From a virus (Duplodnaviria; Caudoviricetes), in the IMG/VR virus record IMGVR_UViG_3300020050_009209: a stretch of 64,000 bases of DNA. One strand, written 5' to 3'. The notes beneath the pieces were generated by a model. It made no database searches. It saw nothing but the letters and a program-made list of their open reading frames with translations, and was not told the DNA's origin. Positions 1 to 9,702 of this stretch are shown one piece after another. Both the position numbers and the translations under genes were made by a program. How positions within the stretch are numbered: position 1 is the first letter of the stretch; the number at the start of each line of letters is the position of its first letter.

Positions 1-205
1 GTACTTCCCGGTCAAGCTGAAATTGAAATCGGAGGATTCTAGCCAAACCCTGACCTGAGCCGTGAAGCAACTCTCCATGCTTGTACACGTAGGTAGCTAA
101 CGTACCACCTACAGCTAAGTAGGAAGCTGTAGAGGATAGGGCATTGGCTACAACGAGCCCATTACTACCACCTCCCACAAATGGGTGTGTGCAACCCTAG
201 CGGAC

Positions 206-898
206 CTACGTACATGTGCGCTCTTGCACGTATAGCCCATGCGGAGTTCTTTCTCGAACTTCCCCCAAGGGGTTCATGATGAACAAGCCATCCCCCAAAC
301 GGGTGATCTTTGGGGTAATAACGCAAGGTCCGGTCAGCTTTGACTTGACCTGAATTGCACCTTCGTTCGGGACGGGTACTACGGTATCCTCGCTCTGCTT
401 CTCAAAGCAGATGCTAGGAGGAGGCGAAAAGTCTTCTTCAGTCACCTCGAAAGATACCGAGACCACCTGGTCGTGAAGCCGGTACAGCTTCTTTGGATCC
501 ATCCAAAACTCTTCTCGACCGTCGTTGGGTGTGAGCTGAAAGTTCGGGCCAAACTCGGTTTCAATCAAGTTGAAGGTCCCGACCCCCAGGTCGACAATCT
601 CCCCTACCTTGGGACGAGAGGGGAAGATCTTAAGGAATAGGTCTCCAATGTGCCCAGATTCGTAGTCACAGAGAACCGTTACGGTTACCTTAACCCTCTT
701 ACCCTCAAGCTCCTTAAGTGCTTCAAGGTTGAAGTACGGGATAACCTTTACCGTTTGCTCGTAATTCGCTGGGTATACCCCAAACGATCCGTATCGACTG
801 GAACGACGCTCATGTCCGTCCCAAGAAAAGATGCCAGTCACCCCAGGCTTGGAGTACGACCGTTGAAAGAAGGCTTCTAGCTTGGTTACATCACTCAT
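206..898 (-). CDS. hypothetical protein
   Basis: Long ORF; start moved to ATG 898 behind GAGGAG RBS and promoter at 920-944. Confidence 0.8.
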   Translation of the reverse strand: MSDVTKLEAFFQRSYSKPGVTGIFSWDGHERRSSRYGSFGVYPANYEQTVKVIPYFNLEALKELEGKRVKVTVTVLCDYESGHIGDLFLKIFPSRPKVGEIVDLGVGTFNLIETEFGPNFQLTPNDGREEFWMDPKKLYRLHDQVVSVSFEVTEEDFSPPPSICFEKQSEDTVVPVPNEGAIQVKSKLTGPCVITPKITRLGDGLFIMNPLGEVRERTPHGLYVQERTCT

Positions 899-940
899 TT
901 TTTCTCTCCTCAAAGAACCTACGGACACCAACCGAGAAGT

Positions 941-1246
941 TTAACCACAGAAGCAACCTGATCCGTATCCGTACCTGACTGGAGTGTAACCACAGACCGT
1001 ACACCGTACCGGGGCAGGTAGCGGATTCATCGCAAGGATGACCGCAAGAGTGAACCAAATTGTCGGGGTCTCCCGATGGCACCACATGCCTGTACGCCAG
1101 TCCCTGGAGTAGCCCAGATTCATGACGTACGTTTGCTTCGCCGCAAAGGCCCAATCCGGAGAACTTTCAAAAGGTTCGACGAGTCGAGCATACTCCTCAA
1201 GACGCTCGCCTCGATTCCACTCCTCAGGCCAACGATGTAGTTTCAT
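941..1246 (-). CDS. hypothetical protein (C-terminal Cys cluster)
   Basis: ORF in - strand block; stop lies inside promoter TTAA 941-944. Confidence 0.65.
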   Translation of the reverse strand: MKLHRWPEEWNRGERLEEYARLVEPFESSPDWAFAAKQTYVMNLGYSRDWRTGMWCHRETPTIWFTLAVILAMNPLPAPVRCTVCGYTPVRYGYGSGCFCG

Positions 1247-1326
1247 GGTCTATGGCACCTAGGTGCCCCTTTAACAGGTTTACAGGTTGACCCCTTAGGT
1301 TGGGTCGTCCAAGGCTAGAAACCGAT

Positions 1327-1674
1327 TCAGCGGGCCCCTGGGTAAGGCCAAAGAACTATCTCCACCTCGTGGAGAAGGCTCAAGTAGGTCTTTAGGTCGC
1401 TCGTATGGGGGCCTAGCTCACTCTTCTTGTTCTCGATAAGCAGAGCTACCCCTTGTTTCAGCACGTCGATTTGCTTCAGGTTAAGGTCCGGGGTGAATCT
1501 CAGGCCATCTTGGATAAGGCCAAGGGTGGCTCTAGCGTTTCCCTGGACCTTATCCTTCCCTCGTAGCGACCGTAGAGTGCTCTGCACTTCCGGAATGTAG
1601 CTTGCAGGGCTCCTACCTCCAGAGATCATAGCAGCTAGCGTGTCAAGGTCTTCCAGTAAATCCTTGTACTTCAT
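1327..1674 (-). CDS. hypothetical protein
   Basis: ATG 1674 overlaps stop of the ATPase gene (ATGA coupling). Confidence 0.7.
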   Translation of the reverse strand: MKYKDLLEDLDTLAAMISGGRSPASYIPEVQSTLRSLRGKDKVQGNARATLGLIQDGLRFTPDLNLKQIDVLKQGVALLIENKKSELGPHTSDLKTYLSLLHEVEIVLWPYPGAR

Positions 1675-2495
1675 TTGGGCTTCGGTGTGGGTGGCGGTTG
1701 AGGCTTTTCCTCGGACCAACCCTCTAGGAGTTTGAGAGCCTTTTCAGACCCCTTCAGGTAATCCGAGCCAAGCTCGATGTAGTTGGCTTCTGGGATGCGA
1801 AGCGCGAACAAAGAGTGACTTGCCACAATGAATTGAGTCGTAGGTGCGAACGCTCGAAGCAAACGCCAAATGGCTGGCTGATAGTTCAGGTCTAGACTTC
1901 GCTCTGGCTCGTCAAGAAGAATCGTAGGTTGCCCTACTTTTCCGGACCCCTTCAAGAAGGTGTTGGCAATCTTGAGTCGATCCTCCCAGAGACTGTTCAC
2001 CTTACCTGATGTGACCTTGTACTCCACCTTAGGTGGGGTCGTTCGCCTGACAAGAGACTCTAGAACTTTGTCGAACCGCTTTAGGGTTGTCTGCCCAGCG
2101 GAGCCTCGAAACATGTAGTTCGAAACCCCCTCAACGCCAAAGTCCCAATCGAACGCCGCCCCACCCCCAACAACTCCAATCTGCATACTAGGGTCGAAGT
2201 ACCTAACCCCTTGCCCATCGTGGCTAACCTTGATGCTTTTCGTGAAGTCTTCCTCAGACCTAGAGAATAGGTCTTGAATGGAGTTCTGAGTTACGACAGG
2301 AACTCCAGCCTGGTGACAGTGAAAGAGGTTCGCTAGGAGCTGGATGATCGTAGACTTTCCAGCTCCATTCCGCCCCCAGATGACGTTCAAACCAGGCTTG
2401 AACTCAAACTTCCGTGGCGTGGAAAGAGCCTCCACGTTTCCAAGCCACTTGAGAAAGGTGTTCTTAGGGTCAAGAATTTCAAGAGACCGAATCAT
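1671..2495 (-). CDS. ABC/AAA_21-type ATPase
   Basis: Walker A GRNGAGKST, signature-like SAGQ, Walker B ILLDEPE, H-loop ASHS. Confidence 0.9.
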   Translation of the reverse strand: MIRSLEILDPKNTFLKWLGNVEALSTPRKFEFKPGLNVIWGRNGAGKSTIIQLLANLFHCHQAGVPVVTQNSIQDLFSRSEEDFTKSIKVSHDGQGVRYFDPSMQIGVVGGGAAFDWDFGVEGVSNYMFRGSAGQTTLKRFDKVLESLVRRTTPPKVEYKVTSGKVNSLWEDRLKIANTFLKGSGKVGQPTILLDEPERSLDLNYQPAIWRLLRAFAPTTQFIVASHSLFALRIPEANYIELGSDYLKGSEKALKLLEGWSEEKPQPPPTPKPK

Positions 2496-2902
2496 TCGTC
2501 ATCCTCTACGATAAGGTGGATCGTCACCGTATGGTGACGGGTAACTCCAGATGGGTCTTGGGTTGTACCCGAGAGGTGCACAACGGTAGGGAAGATGAAG
2601 GTCTCTTTCCCATGGACAGTCTTAAGTCCCTTAGGAAACTCAAGGTTTTGAGCTTCATCAAGCTTAGCTACACTAAGCAGATAGGAAACCTTCAGCTCAT
2701 CCCCCCTATCCCCATAGAGACGGTAGGTCCTGGTGAAGGAAGGTTGGACGTTTGACAGGACTCGGAGGAGGTTGCGTTGGTAGATGCAGGGCAGACAGCA
2801 CCCTTGAGGGGTTCCGCAGTTGCAAGGAGGCTCCTCCTTGAAGAACTCCGTAACGAGGTGCATGATATCCGAATCCAGGTTCATGTAGCTGTAGTCCGTC
2901 AT
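2492..2902 (-). CDS. hypothetical protein
   Basis: ATG 9 nt after promoter CGTA; CxC/CCxxC cluster. Confidence 0.75.
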   Translation of the reverse strand: MTDYSYMNLDSDIMHLVTEFFKEEPPCNCGTPQGCCLPCIYQRNLLRVLSNVQPSFTRTYRLYGDRGDELKVSYLLSVAKLDEAQNLEFPKGLKTVHGKETFIFPTVVHLSGTTQDPSGVTRHHTVTIHLIVEDDE

Positions 2903-2911
2903 ACTCACCCC

Positions 2912-2937
2912 TACGGTGGAAGCTCAGGAAGGCTTAA
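2912..2937 (-). repeat. 26-bp direct repeat copy 1 (exact promoter duplicate)
   Basis: tacggtggaagctcaggaaggcttaa identical to 3706-3731. Confidence 0.95.
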
Positions 2938-2953
2938 GCAAAAAGTACGAACC

Positions 2954-3400
2954 TCAAGGAAACAGAAGCGTTAACTCGGTGAAAGTCTCAATAAGCTCTT
3001 CCACTCCTACAAGGATCTCAGACTCCAAGTACATAAGCTCAGGCTCGCACGGAGTAGCGCTGTAAACAAATGTGTTCTTTCCTTGCCCCATGGCGTACCC
3101 TAGCTCCCAGGAGGCTGAGCGACCAGAGGGGAGAACAAGGATGCAAGTATCGCAAGCACGAAGGGCTGCTATGTCGTGTGAGTATCCAAGTTTAGCAATC
3201 GGATGCTTAAGGGCGTCTCGATACTGTGCAGGAGTCCAAGACTCCCAGGCGGGGTCAATTTCCGCCCATGAGAACCCATGAACTCCAGGAGCAGGACTAC
3301 GGAAGTCGTAAACTTCGTGCCCTAAGCCTCGAAGCAAAGTTACAACATGAGGTTGAACGGTGTTGCGCCACGAGCTGGCAACGTAGATGTTTCTTTTCAA
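2954..3400 (-). CDS. nucleoside 2-deoxyribosyltransferase-like (NDT/Rcl fold) protein
   Basis: IYVASSWRN ... DIAALRACD ... LVLPSGRSASWELGYA motifs; start (TTG 3400) approximate. Confidence 0.8.
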   Translation of the reverse strand: MKRNIYVASSWRNTVQPHVVTLLRGLGHEVYDFRSPAPGVHGFSWAEIDPAWESWTPAQYRDALKHPIAKLGYSHDIAALRACDTCILVLPSGRSASWELGYAMGQGKNTFVYSATPCEPELMYLESEILVGVEELIETFTELTLLFP

Positions 3401-3414
3401 GGTGCCGCCTAACC

Positions 3415-3696
3415 CTACATGCAAAAGCCGACCATGAAGGCTTCCGAGCAAGGGTGGACCAAGTCGGCCTTCACCTCAAATTCAGAAGCCCAACCAGTCC
3501 GCCCCGCTTCAGCTTCAGCGCAAAAAGCGTTACAGATGATCTCCACGGCTTCGTCTCTACAGTCTACAGTGTTCACGGTTTGTCCTGCAACCGTACGCAA
3601 CTCTGCGATCTGAGGGTGATCTGACGGTACAAGGAAAAACCGAACGTTTTCAGGGAACTCTGCGTACACAACCAGGGTCTTATTTGGGGTAGTCAT
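3415..3696 (-). CDS. hypothetical protein
   Basis: ATG 9 nt after promoter CGTA. Confidence 0.8.
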   Translation of the reverse strand: MTTPNKTLVVYAEFPENVRFFLVPSDHPQIAELRTVAGQTVNTVDCRDEAVEIICNAFCAEAEAGRTGWASEFEVKADLVHPCSEAFMVGFCM

Positions 3697-3705
3697 AGGT
3701 GTCCT

Positions 3706-3731
3706 TACGGTGGAAGCTCAGGAAGGCTTAA
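3706..3731 (-). repeat. 26-bp direct repeat copy 2 (exact promoter duplicate)
   Basis: Identical to 2912-2937. Confidence 0.95.
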
Positions 3732-3787
3732 CTTATCTACACCAAAAAGATGGTTAAATCTCGTCCCTGGTGTACGTAAGTAGGAGC

Positions 3788-4099
3788 ATGAGCAAAATAA
3801 CCGTGGTCGCGTGCAAGCCTGGAAAGAATCCTGAGGTGATCGAGATCGAGAACACCTTGGATGCTATGCAGCACATTGTGGGAGGCCTCATCCAGCTGGT
3901 AGCTGTGGGAGAGTTCGACCTTTTCGTCAATGAGGAGGGGCATCTTCTGGACCTCGCCTACAATAGGGATGTCATGGGGCTGCCCATCGTAGGCCCTCTT
4001 TTCATCTCTAAGGCGGATGACGAGGGTGAGACCATCGGACTTAACCCTGAGGAAGTCCAGGAAGCCCTGAGGCTTCTAACTCAAGAGACAGCAGGATGA
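3788..4099 (+). CDS. DUF3846-like protein
   Basis: TLDAMQHIVGGLIQ ... VNEEG ... YNR ... IVGP motifs; ATG 9 nt after promoter. Confidence 0.8.
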   Translation: MSKITVVACKPGKNPEVIEIENTLDAMQHIVGGLIQLVAVGEFDLFVNEEGHLLDLAYNRDVMGLPIVGPLFISKADDEGETIGLNPEEVQEALRLLTQETAG

Positions 4100-4395
4100 A
4101 ACCAGAACTCAAGACCCTTGTAGACAGCCTCTCAAAACTTGAACGAGAGGAGCTACTTAGCTACCTAGAAACCTCTAGTGAGGCCTATAGTGGCAACTTC
4201 CAGTGTTCTTTCCAACCTGTACTAGACATGGAGACACGGCACAATGGAGCGCTAGCTCTTCAAAAGGTAACAGTGTTCGACTACCACGAAGCTTACAGGT
4301 ACCTAGCAAATGGTAATGAGCGTACCTACCTAGACCTCAAGACCATTCGAACTCTTCAGGGTCTTGGCGTCCAAATCCTCAGGAAAGTGAAATGA
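4096..4395 (+). CDS. hypothetical protein
   Basis: ATGA coupling to upstream gene. Confidence 0.7.
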   Translation: MKPELKTLVDSLSKLEREELLSYLETSSEAYSGNFQCSFQPVLDMETRHNGALALQKVTVFDYHEAYRYLANGNERTYLDLKTIRTLQGLGVQILRKVK

Positions 4396-4599
4396 AGTGG
4401 TGGAGCTGGAACTGGGACCACGTAAAGACACGGGAGTTGTCTGTTCCGTACCTCAGCATCACCCGTTGGCGTAGAGGGTGGGTTACCCTCTACCGCCTCG
4501 AAAGTGCGACCTCCGTTGAGTGGCGGCTTTACTTTCCGTTCAGCATAAGCATTGGATTTCAGCGTTAAAGAATACGCGAGACCTTACGTAGGAGATAGC

Positions 4600-5844
4600 A
4601 TGAGTGCGAACAGGCCAATTTCTGAAACACTAGTCGAAGACTCTTACTATCCACCGTGCAATCAAGACGTTTTCAAACGAGGCATTGGTCTCGTGGCTGT
4701 TGATGGGTGGGCTAAGGATGTGGAGCCTTGGGTACGGCGAGTCGCCGAACTTTCCGGTCAATTGGTGGATTGGCACTACTCAGGAGGAGTCGCCAATGTG
4801 CTAGTTCTTGGCGACCACGCGAAGGCAACCGCAGCTGCGAAGATCCTAATTCCTAGCCCTGGAATTCGAGTTATGCGTTGGTTTTCTGGCGGCGCCTCTC
4901 TTTTCCGGGCTGGAGACCCCGTACCGGAAGGTACTGTTGGTGTGGACGCCTCGGCTACCTTCCTATCCTCAGTGGGGAGTTGTGAACCTCCCAAGGGCCT
5001 GCACTCTTACCGGTTCAAGGACAACCCAGACGAAGCGAAGTTTGCTGAGATTTGGGGCAAACCAGGCTTTAGTGATCACTTGAAGTACCTCCTGTGTGAG
5101 GGAGATCAACACTACCCCAACCCTCCCAGTGATCGAGATGTTACCGTAGCTGCTACGGTCATCCAGTGGCTTGGCTCCCCTGTTGGTCAGCAGTTCCTAG
5201 AAGAGGTTGGATTCAAGGCTGCGGCAATGGCCAGCCTACATCGAGTCGTAGAGGCTGGGTGCCGAGGCGTCTTCCTCATCAACCAGGGGATGGATGCGCC
5301 AGCCGTTCTGTCTCTAGCAAGACAGGCTAAAAAAGAGTACCCTTGGATTTGGGTTGGACTCAACCTGCTAGGACACTCGCTAGAGTGGTCCTACGGGATA
5401 ATCAACGCTTCTCAGCTTGACGGAATGTGGGCAGACAACACGGAAGTTACCCAAGCTGGGATCAGTGGTCTTTTTGACCACATATCAAATCGACCTGGGT
5501 ACTCTACGCTCTTTGGTGGAGTGGCCTTCAAGTACCAAACTCCAGTGGCATTTGAGGATCTGCGTCGTACAGCCCAGCTGGCCTCTGTCTACGTTGACGT
5601 AGTCACCACCTCGGGTCCAGGCACGGGTCAAGCAGCAGATCTCAATAAGATCAAGGAGATGAAGCTTGGGGTTGGTAGCAAGGCCCTTGGTCTTGCCTCT
5701 GGAGTCACGCTAGAGAACGTCGAGTTGTACAAGCCCTACGTGAGCGCCTTTCTTGTGGGGACCGGCATTGAGCAGTCGCTTGGGGTCATTGACCTCGCGA
5801 AGGCTACAGAGCTACGTAGAGCCATTGAGGAGACCACCCCGTGA
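4600..5844 (+). CDS. chimeric protein with C-terminal BtpA/SgcQ-like TIM barrel
   Basis: C-terminal GVFLINQ, WVGLN, FGGVAFKYQ, TTSGPGTG, ASGVTLEN, LVGT; ATG 9 nt after promoter. Confidence 0.7.
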   Translation: MSANRPISETLVEDSYYPPCNQDVFKRGIGLVAVDGWAKDVEPWVRRVAELSGQLVDWHYSGGVANVLVLGDHAKATAAAKILIPSPGIRVMRWFSGGASLFRAGDPVPEGTVGVDASATFLSSVGSCEPPKGLHSYRFKDNPDEAKFAEIWGKPGFSDHLKYLLCEGDQHYPNPPSDRDVTVAATVIQWLGSPVGQQFLEEVGFKAAAMASLHRVVEAGCRGVFLINQGMDAPAVLSLARQAKKEYPWIWVGLNLLGHSLEWSYGIINASQLDGMWADNTEVTQAGISGLFDHISNRPGYSTLFGGVAFKYQTPVAFEDLRRTAQLASVYVDVVTTSGPGTGQAADLNKIKEMKLGVGSKALGLASGVTLENVELYKPYVSAFLVGTGIEQSLGVIDLAKATELRRAIEETTP

Positions 5845-6368
5845 GCTTTACACCTACATTCACGGACCTCAGCGATATTACAAGACAAAGCGCTAAGTGT
5901 AGGACCGTCGTGTCTATCAACTTGGCCTCGAACCCCAAGTTTGATCGCAACTTTACTCGATGGGTGGAGTTCGGACAGGCTAACTTCAGCGTGGAACGGT
6001 CTATCCTTGAAGCCTTCCTTGAGGAGGGGGTGTACGACTTTGAGCACGACTCTTGCTTGGCTTTGAGGCTGCCTCTTATAGGAGTAGAGCTTGCGAGTGT
6101 GGACTACCACTGGACTGAGCTGAGGGGGTGGGTGGACCCTAACAACTCGGATGACTTCCATGTCCCACGTCCTGGGTACAATCCTGCAAAACACCCAAAG
6201 GCCGTACGCTGCAAATGTGCAGAGTGTCAAGTCATCGACACCGAAGCTGGTCGTAAGTACCACACTCTCGTACCTGATGGGTTCTACATCCCCCCATTTG
6301 ATGCAGAGCTGTACGAGGCAGTTCGGGGGAAGCCGGTAAAAATCAACCTCGGTCCAAATATCAGTTAA
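5841..6368 (+). CDS. hypothetical protein
   Basis: GTGA coupling; stop in promoter TTAA. Confidence 0.75.
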   Translation: MSFTPTFTDLSDITRQSAKCRTVVSINLASNPKFDRNFTRWVEFGQANFSVERSILEAFLEEGVYDFEHDSCLALRLPLIGVELASVDYHWTELRGWVDPNNSDDFHVPRPGYNPAKHPKAVRCKCAECQVIDTEAGRKYHTLVPDGFYIPPFDAELYEAVRGKPVKINLGPNIS

Positions 6369-6398
6369 CTCGCGTCCAGCTCTTACGTAGGTCGCTAC

Positions 6399-6581
6399 AT
6401 GAAGAAGCTCACCTGGGTTAGCACCTCAACCTACCTCCAAGTCTACTCCTCCCGCGCTCAGGCGGTTATCCACGCCCCTGAGGGAGCTTACCTCCTCAAC
6501 CACGACAAGACTTCCAACACTTGCGCGAGCATCCCCTTCGCCAAGATTGTCAACGGCAAGGCCGTGAAGGTTTACTCATGA
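6399..6581 (+). CDS. hypothetical protein
   Basis: ATG 9 nt after promoter. Confidence 0.75.
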   Translation: MKKLTWVSTSTYLQVYSSRAQAVIHAPEGAYLLNHDKTSNTCASIPFAKIVNGKAVKVYS

Positions 6582-6841
6582 ATAGCATCGCCGTTATACT
6601 TACGAGCTACAACATGGGCGACGTCACAGAGGCTGACTACGACGCGTGGATCGAGCACGTTGCCGATCGGATCGATGAGCGGACCGGGCTCGACGTTACG
6701 GTTGAGGCGTCTCCGTTCGGGCGAGGTCCTAGTGAGGACCTCATTAGTGGGTACGAGGACGAGGACGATCGTCAGAGCATCCAGGATACCCTCCACTCCC
6801 TCTGGGATGACTTCTGTGCGGACGGTTTCCCCAACTCCTGA
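6578..6841 (+). CDS. small acidic hypothetical protein (similar to 15505-15720)
   Basis: ATGA coupling; D/E-rich; ends WDDFC. Confidence 0.75.
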   Translation: MNSIAVILTSYNMGDVTEADYDAWIEHVADRIDERTGLDVTVEASPFGRGPSEDLISGYEDEDDRQSIQDTLHSLWDDFCADGFPNS

Positions 6842-6853
6842 GAGTCCAAGGTA

Positions 6854-7213
6854 ATGAGCCTGAACCTACACTTCAAACTGGACGGTAAGCTGGTCGGCTT
6901 CCCCTGGCAGACAACTACAGCAGAAACCATGTCTGTGTTCAAAGAGCGTGGGCATTTCTTTAACTCTCTCCAAGGTAAGGCTGCCCTGGCAGCGTACGAG
7001 GGAGTGGTCGCCCGTAAGATGGCCCCCGTTGCCCACCTCGTGGAGCAACTAGAGAAGCTTAAAGCCAAGACAGAGCTGACCTACAGCGAGCAAAGCAAGT
7101 TCTTCAATCTTACCAAGGAGTTGGAGGTCTCAGCTCCGGTCTTCCTAGAGACTCTTGAGAAGTACAGGAAAATGCTTGACTCTGCGAATGCTATCGAGCT
7201 GTTTTGGGCGTAG
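6854..7213 (+). CDS. hypothetical protein
   Basis: ORF in + block with AAGG RBS. Confidence 0.7.
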   Translation: MSLNLHFKLDGKLVGFPWQTTTAETMSVFKERGHFFNSLQGKAALAAYEGVVARKMAPVAHLVEQLEKLKAKTELTYSEQSKFFNLTKELEVSAPVFLETLEKYRKMLDSANAIELFWA

Positions 7214-7225
7214 CTAGAGGTTCAT

Positions 7226-7609
7226 ATGATTCCTAGAGCATTCACCAACAGTGAGACCGGCATGGAGTCTTACGTAGTCTTTAACACGGGTAGGAGTGGG
7301 GGTTACAACGTAACCTTGAAGTGCCTTGATACTGGTGAGATGCTACCTACCGCCTACATTGGCATTCGAGACTACGATGCAGCTGTTCATAAGGCCAAAG
7401 AACTTGTCCAATACCACGATGACGAGTATTGGCGGCACCTCCTGACGATCAACAAGATCCCATGCCCACCGGCTACGATCACTATATCCAATGTTCGTTG
7501 GATCGCCCGTAATAGAGACTGCTGGTGGGTGTATAGTGGATCAGGCCAGTGGTTTTGGTTCGATACTCGGGCCAAAACGTGGGAACTTGCCCCTATGGGG
7601 CCAGATTGA
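7226..7609 (+). CDS. hypothetical protein
   Basis: GAGG RBS; + block. Confidence 0.7.
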   Translation: MIPRAFTNSETGMESYVVFNTGRSGGYNVTLKCLDTGEMLPTAYIGIRDYDAAVHKAKELVQYHDDEYWRHLLTINKIPCPPATITISNVRWIARNRDCWWVYSGSGQWFWFDTRAKTWELAPMGPD

Positions 7610-7627
7610 GGCCCACGGAGGAATGGA

Positions 7628-7891
7628 ATGCCTAAGATGAAGACGACGGCAGAGAAGCGTGTGAGGTGGCGTGCTGCGTGGGCCGAGGGATGGGATGGCA
7701 TGGCAGACGTGGAGGACGCACCGCTATGGCTGCTCGCGACCCTCGATGACATCGACACCCTTCTTGTCGAGCGCAAGAGCCTCCTAGCCGAGAACGAGCG
7801 GCTGAAGGCGGAAATTGAGGGTTGGCGCATTGGTGTGCAGGTAGCCCAAGACATACTCGATACCCGCGCTAGCGGGTATGATGACGAGTGA
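7628..7891 (+). CDS. hypothetical coiled-coil protein (GC-rich)
   Basis: GGAGG RBS; locally higher GC. Confidence 0.7.
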   Translation: MPKMKTTAEKRVRWRAAWAEGWDGMADVEDAPLWLLATLDDIDTLLVERKSLLAENERLKAEIEGWRIGVQVAQDILDTRASGYDDE

Positions 7892-7932
7892 TCCCCGTTA
7901 AACCCTCCTCCCCCACCTACGTAGGTCTCTCT

Positions 7933-8118
7933 ATGGACAAGCCCAAATGCAAACTTGGTACAGACGGGAACGTTTTCGCGATCATCGGAGCGGTCTCCCG
8001 AACCCTTCGAGCTGCAAAGCTCCCCGAGCAAGCGAAGGAGTTCACGGATAAGGCGCTGTCTTCGGCTTCATACGAAGCTGTCCTTAGGCTCTGCATGGAG
8101 TATGTGGAGGTCCTGTGA
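7933..8118 (+). CDS. conserved small phage protein
   Basis: GTDGNVFAIIG ... SYEAVL motif; ATG 9 nt after promoter. Confidence 0.8.
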   Translation: MDKPKCKLGTDGNVFAIIGAVSRTLRAAKLPEQAKEFTDKALSSASYEAVLRLCMEYVEVL

Positions 8119-8417
8119 GCGATCAGGCAAGTGAATTTCGCTCTGCCCTTGACGACGTCAAGGATACTCTGGCTAGGCTTCTAGCCATCGAGAAGCTTGC
8201 CCTTCTAGTCGTAGCGGGTGAGGTAGGACATGGGCGTTACTGCCAGTACCGCCTCAATGACCCCGATGGGCTAGATGAGGATTGTAACTGCACTGTAGGG
8301 TACCATCAGCGGACCCTTAAGAGGGCTCTTTCCGCTAAGACTACTATCGAAGTGGTCAGGATTGCTCAGAGTCTCCACGAGCAGAACGTTCGATTCAAAC
8401 AAGGTAATGTTACGTAG
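8115..8417 (+). CDS. hypothetical protein
   Basis: GTGA coupling; HxxxC...CNC. Confidence 0.65.
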   Translation: MSDQASEFRSALDDVKDTLARLLAIEKLALLVVAGEVGHGRYCQYRLNDPDGLDEDCNCTVGYHQRTLKRALSAKTTIEVVRIAQSLHEQNVRFKQGNVT

Positions 8418-8435
8418 TAACCTAGGAGTGGTAAC

Positions 8436-8678
8436 ATGAAAACTGGTGCTAAGTTTGTTGTTGAGAAGATCGATCCAGAGGGTTCCGGTGCGGATTACGG
8501 TGGGCACTTGGGTAGGATCGTGACGGATGCCAAACGTTGCTGTACTCGATGTACGGTAATCTTCGGTACTGTCGGGGACAACAAGGAATTCGGCCCTTTC
8601 GTTCCAGGCGAACTTAGGGCGCTGAATGATGAAGCTCGTGCTATCGAAGCTGAGATCCAAGTGAGCATGCGATCATGA
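8436..8678 (+). CDS. hypothetical protein (SH3/KOW-like)
   Basis: AGGAG RBS. Confidence 0.7.
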   Translation: MKTGAKFVVEKIDPEGSGADYGGHLGRIVTDAKRCCTRCTVIFGTVGDNKEFGPFVPGELRALNDEARAIEAEIQVSMRS

Positions 8679-8745
8679 AGCGAATTGGGCCTAAGATGGC
8701 AAGAGCCATTCGCTACGTCGAGCTGCATCCCGACTAGTTCCACCT

Positions 8746-9246
8746 ATGGGACCTACCTCCCTACAGTGGTGTGCCCAAGTAGTGGGACGAATTCGCCCAT
8801 TCAAGGACATCTTGCGTGCAAACATGCTGCCTCATCGTGTGGACAGTACACTTCACGCAGAGTTCAGTAGTTTCCCTAAGTACTCATATGACGAAAATAA
8901 CGTTTATGCCATTACACATAGATACCTAACAACACTGTGCGGTATCTCCTGTGAAGCGGTACCTACGGAGTCTATCCAACTTGGTATTCCAACCTGCCCC
9001 AAGTGCCTAGAGTCCAAAACCTGGACGTCCGCGATCGTTTTGCCTTACACGCCACCTGAGGTACTCCGTAAGAGAGATCAAAAGGCTCAGCAAGAGCGTC
9101 GTGCTAGGGCAAGGATACCCTCAAGGTACGACCTTGCCCTAGATGGCCCCCAACCAAAAACCTCGATTCTTCCCATCTACCAAGAGCTTGACCCAGAGGA
9201 CCTCTACATGGGACGAGAGTTGAAGCTTCAGGCTAGAAAAGTCTAA
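8746..9246 (+). CDS. hypothetical protein with Zn-finger-like motif
   Basis: H...TLCG...TCPKC; C-terminal SRYDLAL; start uncertain. Confidence 0.65.
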   Translation: MGPTSLQWCAQVVGRIRPFKDILRANMLPHRVDSTLHAEFSSFPKYSYDENNVYAITHRYLTTLCGISCEAVPTESIQLGIPTCPKCLESKTWTSAIVLPYTPPEVLRKRDQKAQQERRARARIPSRYDLALDGPQPKTSILPIYQELDPEDLYMGRELKLQARKV

Positions 9247-9248
9247 AC

Positions 9249-9548
9249 ATGAGTAAAGAGACTCTTCACCTATACGTGTCTTCCAACCGAGACGGAATCC
9301 TTTTTTGTCCGGAGATCGAAACCATCGTTCATGATGACACATTTCGTGGTCCTGACTCAAAGCGACGTATCTTTGTGGCTGGAGACCCAAACATCCAATC
9401 CTTGAGTCCTGACCAACTGAACTCCATTGTCGAACTGGCATTCAGGGATCCGAAGATTAGGGAAGGGCGTAGCAAAGCGCGCTTTTATGAGTACGATCCA
9501 GGAATTGACAGTTACCGCAGAGTTCTAACCCATGTCTGGGAAAACTGA
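9249..9548 (+). CDS. hypothetical protein
   Basis: Follows previous stop by 2 nt. Confidence 0.65.
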   Translation: MSKETLHLYVSSNRDGILFCPEIETIVHDDTFRGPDSKRRIFVAGDPNIQSLSPDQLNSIVELAFRDPKIREGRSKARFYEYDPGIDSYRRVLTHVWEN

Positions 9549-9702
9549 ATATGAGCCTCAAGAAGAGTAAGCCAGTGAAGCAGCCAGTGAAGCCAATCAC
9601 ACCAGCCGAGGTGGTTGCTCGTCAATCCCGACCTCCTCCTGAGCTTCTTAAGGCCATCAACGACATGCTTGTAGATAGTTCTCTTGTAAGCTACCCTAAG
9701 AG

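Noticed and set aside
3754-3778. CtrA box for the TTAA motif
   Set aside because: CtrA needs TTAA-N7-TTAA; the partner element here is CGTA at 17-18 nt
5736-6263. Long antisense/overlapping ORFs in the track (e.g. 5736-6263, 7387-8031, 22613-23254, 31365-31895, 37977-38534, 48431-48982, 55219-55848)
   Set aside because: Shadows of better-supported genes on the opposite strand; no promoter, RBS or motifs
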